Shown one piece after another: positions 30,779 through 32,000 of a DNA stretch of 32,000 nt (its first letter is position 1; each line of letters begins with the position of its first letter). The translations under genes were made by a program, and so were the position numbers. The notes beneath the pieces were generated by a model. That model saw only the letters and a list, made by a program, of their open reading frames with translations, searched no databases and was not told the origin of the DNA. The stretch comes from Candidatus Saccharimonadota bacterium. Lineage in GTDB: Bacteria > Patescibacteriota > Microgenomatia > UBA1406 > GWC2-37-13. Location of the stretch: NCBI GenBank assembly GCA_016432445.1, contig CP066689.1:210001-242000 (forward strand), given 5' to 3'.

Positions 30779-30862
30779 GGAGGGTTGGCCGAGTGGTTTA
30801 AGGCGCAAGTCCCGAAAACTTGTGGGCGAAAGCCCTCACAGGTTCGAATCCTGTACCCTCCG
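30779..30862 (+). tRNA. tRNA-Ser(CGA), type II with long variable arm, no encoded CCA
   Basis: Folded by hand. Acceptor GGAGGGT/ACCCTCC. 3-bp D stem GCC/GGC. Anticodon stem CAAGT/ACTTG with loop CCCGAAA. Variable arm TGGGCGAAAGCCCTC. T arm ACAGG-TTCGAAT-CCTGT. Discriminator G. Confidence 0.85.
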
Positions 30863-30885
30863 CTTAGATTTAGTAGAATATAGTT

Positions 30886-31317
30886 ATGAGTGGCGAACAA
30901 TTACTATCTCCAGTAAAAACTTTTCAATATGAAGGAAAATCATTACCTGTTTCTCATACTTCAACTTTGAATGTCACTACTGGAGTAGAATGTGATGTTT
31001 ATCAATTTGTAGGAGATCAAAGTAAAGATCTAGGAGTTATTCGGATACAACCAGGTTGTAAAACTCCTCTTCAAAAAGTTCTTAAAGGAGACAAGACGGT
31101 TGAGGGATATATTTCAGGAAAAGGAAAATTGATTATTACGAAACCAAACGGTGAAAAATATATATACGAGGTGAGTGATAAACTTGAAAAACCATTAGCA
31201 GTATTGGTAGAAATTGGGGAATTAATGCAATGGGAAGCTGATAAAGAATCTGATTTAAAAGCTTATGAAGTTTGTTATCCACCTTATGAAGATGGACGTT
31301 ATGAAAATATTGAATAA
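30886..31317 (+). CDS. Hypothetical protein, possibly a cupin-like beta-barrel
   Basis: 143 aa. The beta-rich pattern LGVIRIQPGCKTPLQKVLKGDKTVEGYISGKGKLII is only weakly cupin-like. TAGAAT (30874-30879) lies 6 nt upstream of the ATG. Confidence 0.5.
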   Translation: MSGEQLLSPVKTFQYEGKSLPVSHTSTLNVTTGVECDVYQFVGDQSKDLGVIRIQPGCKTPLQKVLKGDKTVEGYISGKGKLIITKPNGEKYIYEVSDKLEKPLAVLVEIGELMQWEADKESDLKAYEVCYPPYEDGRYENIE

Positions 31318-31326
31318 TTATTATTT

Positions 31327-31677
31327 ATGACGACCAAATTCAAAATCTTTAATATCTCCCAGGTTCCGTTTGAAGAGATTCATGACATGCCTCAATCAAG
31401 ACAAACATTAGCGACTAAAGAAGATTTAGTTTCCGATAATATTGATGCGTTAACCAAAGGTACATTACGACCGGGAAGCATTTGGGATTGGCATAAACAT
31501 GAACAATATGACGAGTTAGGAATAGTTTTAAAAGGAACGGGTAAATTTTATTGGGAAAAAGAGGTTGTGGAATATAAACCTGAAGATGTGATAATTATTC
31601 CAGCTAACTCTAACCATAAATTTGAAGCTTTGGGTCAAGAGGCGAGTGAGTTTTATTTTGTTAGAATAAAGGTATAG
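31327..31677 (+). CDS. Cupin domain protein
   Basis: Cupin motif 1 HKHEQYDELGIVLKG (HxH..E..G) and motif 2-like PANSNHKFEA. Confidence 0.7.
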   Translation: MTTKFKIFNISQVPFEEIHDMPQSRQTLATKEDLVSDNIDALTKGTLRPGSIWDWHKHEQYDELGIVLKGTGKFYWEKEVVEYKPEDVIIIPANSNHKFEALGQEASEFYFVRIKV

Positions 31678-31720
31678 AGCCTTACAGAAATGTTTTCAAC
31701 TCCAGAGGTTGATTTGTTTA

Positions 31721-32000
31721 TTAAATTTCATTTAGAGAGAGGATGGGGAGGGACAATTCTTTAATTGTAGGGGACGCAGATCTGCGTCCCCTACCAGAAT
31801 TATCAAACAATGTGGTGCCGAAATCAACTTTTTTAGACTCTAAAAGGGGGTAGATTTTTTTCATTTTCTCCTGTTTTAGATTGTCGGAAAATAGTGATGG
31901 TTGAGTTGATGTTAGTTCTTCCAGATCAAAGATATGACAACCTGTTGCCCTGTATAAAACATTTTTTTTATGAATTTTGTTAAATAATTTTCTTAATTCC
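31721..32000 (-). CDS. 3' end of a Y-family DNA polymerase-like gene (5' end outside the window)
   Basis: Hand translation of the minus strand: ..YRATGCHIFDLEELTSTQPSLFSDNL..KIYPLLESKKVDFGTTLF.. This resembles the little-finger/C-terminal pattern (R-L-x-G-V..L....Q.SLF ... kfG) of DinB/UmuC-type polymerases. It is not in the ORF track, presumably because no start codon lies in the window. Confidence 0.4.
   Translation of the reverse strand, partial: ELRKLFNKIHKKNVLYRATGCHIFDLEELTSTQPSLFSDNLKQEKMKKIYPLLESKKVDFGTTLFDNSGRGRRSASPTIKELSLPILSLNEI
31767..31794. repeat. Perfect 28-nt GC-rich palindrome
   Basis: GTAGGGGACGCAGA|TCTGCGTCCCCTAC, centred on AGATCT. It stands out against the AT-rich background. 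Confidence 0.85.

Noticed and set aside
1-32000. Mobile element, prophage or integrative conjugative element boundaries
   Set aside because: I see no integrase, transposase, relaxase or phage structural genes, and no long direct or inverted terminal repeats. The tRNA-Ser at 30779 is not flanked by a recognisable att-like duplication.
1-32000. Alternative genetic code (UGA recoding, as in some CPR lineages)
   Set aside because: Long ORFs with intact conserved motifs are obtained with the standard code. TGA also terminates ORFs at sensible positions, for example recF at 30740-30742 and the ATGA-coupled gene pairs.

Overview
This is an AT-rich, tightly packed bacterial window that uses the standard genetic code. 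No transposase, integrase, CRISPR array or rRNA is visible. I had no search tools, so every product call rests on motifs read directly from the ORF translations.

Gene content points, by inference, to a Candidate Phyla Radiation / Patescibacteria-like genome. The evidence is many small two-TM VirB2/TrbC-like pilin paralogs, an archaeal-type ATP-dependent DNA ligase, an archaeal-type UMP kinase, a YYY-motif membrane protein, a short ValRS and almost no Shine-Dalgarno sequences.

Layout:
- 1-1445: the tail of an unknown gene, then three tandem pilin-like genes.
- 1.5-9.4 kb: Fic, ATP-dependent DNA ligase, two GT2 glycosyltransferases, an EEP-family nuclease/phosphatase, a small self-contained transcription unit and a YYY/DUF2298-like membrane protein.
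- 9.5-13.3 kb: valS, rpmH-yidC-jag (no rnpA).
- 13.5-28.2 kb: an accessory-looking envelope/secretion island. It holds a 1283-aa orphan, a Cys-rich pilin fusion, a VirB6-like membrane protein, two convergent mirror-image modules of secreted hydrolases, an atypical Clp/Hsp100 ATPase, and an HExxH membrane protein coupled to another pilin.
- 28.3-32 kb: a UMP-kinase::methyltransferase fusion, recF, tRNA-Ser(CGA), two cupin-like genes and the 3' end of a Y-family polymerase-like gene.

Three signals seem most worth follow-up:
1. The T4SS-like pilin/VirB6/hydrolase island has no VirB4/VirD4 in the window. Two of its enzymes share an identical 11-aa post-signal-peptide motif, and three of its proteins share a C-terminal domain.
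2. A set of intergenic hairpins, plus single arms embedded in coding sequence, is built from tandem 7-nt units.
3. A -10 hexamer sits 6-7 nt upstream of the ATG at many operon-first genes, which suggests leaderless mRNAs.
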